Positions 62,590 through 64,000 of a stretch of DNA of 64,000 nucleotides are shown piece by piece. The notes under the pieces are model-generated. The model made no database searches and was not told the origin of the DNA. It worked only from the letters and a program-made list of their open reading frames with translations. The stretch lies in NCBI GenBank assembly GCA_011109175.1, contig RDEW01000007.1, positions 1,560,236 to 1,624,235 on the forward strand, written 5' to 3'. The stretch's first letter is position 1. Each line of letters starts with the position of its first letter. A program made the position numbers and the translations under genes. Origin of the DNA: Dicyema japonicum. Taxonomy: Eukaryota > Animalia > Dicyemida.

Positions 62590-63480
62590 CTGTTATTTTT
62601 TATTTAACACCCAAGACCACGGTAAAACCAAAACTAACTATCACGTGATCCCGATGCGCTCCGCCGAAATCCTCATTCTTTCTAGGTGCTCCTCCCTCGT
62701 ACCAAACAAGCTCATACAAAGCGGCTGACTGTTTTTGCAGGGCCACCTTCCCACATGCCGGAGTTTTGTTTAATGAGGGCCTCCAGAGTAGTCGGTCCGG
62801 TTCTGTGTCTCCACAAGACCACCGCTCCGTCATTCTGAAAGCTTTCTTTTGAACGTCCTCGATTTTCTTAGTGTTCGTCCATGATAATAAAGGTCCCCAC
62901 GAAGCACACGCGTACGAGAAGCATGGTTCGATGTATTGCTTGTAAATTTCATCAAGACCGGGTGGGTACCTGTCTTCCATATTCCAGATAAACATTTTAA
63001 TACATTGATCCTCTTCTCGCACTTCAGAACAATGTTTGCCACGTGTGGTGACAAACATAAGTGTGTATCCAGTGTCACGTCCAGGATCTTCTAACATTTG
63101 GTGAAGGGGATTTCAATGTTGTCCAATTTTAACTTGACAGTCATCTTCCCCAACCTTTTGTCCGAAGTAAACATAGACGTGACCGACTTTCTGGAATTTA
63201 TCGTGAGTCGGTTCTTCATTACCCAGGCATTGTGTCGGTCTAGGTTAATTTGTAATTTTTCTGTAGCATTTTGGATATCCCGATCACGCGAGGCCAAAAC
63301 AATGTCGTCCGCATATGAAAGTAGTACATCGTTATTTGGATTCCGGTGTCGGGAGGTCTGCCAGGTATAAATTGAATAAGGCGGGGGATAAAGGAGATCC
63401 TTTGGGGGACACCGTTTGGGAGAAGACGTGAGACTGATTTCAGTATGGTTAACAAAGTTTTGTGCATGAATATTTACTCA
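62590..63480 (-). mobile_element. LINE family C, 5'-truncated, with complete 3' end
   Basis: NGVPQRISF, YADD-like segment, YKQYIEPCFSYACASWGPLLSWTN. The 3' end gggatcacgtgatagttagttttggttttaccgtggtcttgggtgttaaataa is nearly identical to that at 26885-26945. Confidence 0.9.
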
Positions 63481-64000
63481 TGGATGACTGCTGTAATCCA
63501 TTGCTTTTAATAATAATTAAATTTTTTTATTGATTTTCTTTTTTTGTAACTATGGGGCTTCCTTCTATTTGTTTACATATTCCCGGAAACACCGAGAAAT
63601 AAGGTAATAGTAACCGAGCTAGTTCGATGATCACGAATCCCCCTTGTCCTTGCCATTTTCGACGGCATAAAAGGCGTAGAGTCTTCGCTGTAAAGAACTG
63701 ATTATGCCAAACGTCATCGCAGAGTGCGAACTTTCAGTAAGCACAAACATATTCGATAGTAGAAACGGTACTGGTGCATTATAGTACCCCTATGCACTTT
63801 TAGTACCCCTAAGTTAATTATAGTACCCCATAAGTAATTTTTTTATTTTCTAAAATTAATAACTTTTTAGCGCTAATAGGTTTGCTAGAAACAACTTTCT
63901 CAACTTATCACTTTAAATCACAGTGAGACTGGCGTTGTAGTGGACAAAAAAGGTGACCTTGACACCCTAATTCTGGACCTCCAAAACCCCTTATTTTGAT

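Noticed and set aside
1-64000. CRISPR array, prokaryotic operon or defence system
   Set aside because: There are no regularly spaced direct repeats with unique spacers; genes are spliceosomal-intron-containing eukaryotic orthologues, and the repeats are dispersed retroelements.
1-64000. Most 60-130 aa ORFs in the supplied track as independent genes
   Set aside because: They are antisense shadows, exon fragments of the intron-rich genes, or pieces of decayed transposon ORFs.

Overview
AT-rich eukaryotic, very probably animal, nuclear DNA. It has no prokaryotic operons, CRISPR arrays or rRNA genes. About 14 compact protein-coding genes are fragmented in the ORF track because they are split by ultra-short GT-AG introns (mostly 20-32 nt). 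They are: a chitin-binding (CBM14) protein (partial), UGCG, a COG1-like subunit, an orphan gene, a multi-GNAT protein, SLC35B2, a multi-Tudor protein, THOC5, a Polo-like kinase lacking polo boxes, KIF3B, BCAP31, TRAM1, a divergent Rab and a C2H2 zinc-finger protein. The intron size recalls dicyemid mesozoans, but that taxon assignment is an inference. Intergenic DNA is filled with decayed, often nested elements: APE-RT LINEs, RTE, CRE-clade RLE retrotransposons, Tigger/pogo, hAT-Buster, an integrase fragment and at least five short interspersed repeat families (my labels A, B, D, E, G). The most striking observation is a ~62-nt core shared by SINE families A and D. Its helices co-vary between copies and follow the strand order of an HDV-like nested double pseudoknot, but it lacks the canonical catalytic residues. 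All gene models and alignments were made by eye; transposon boundaries are approximate.
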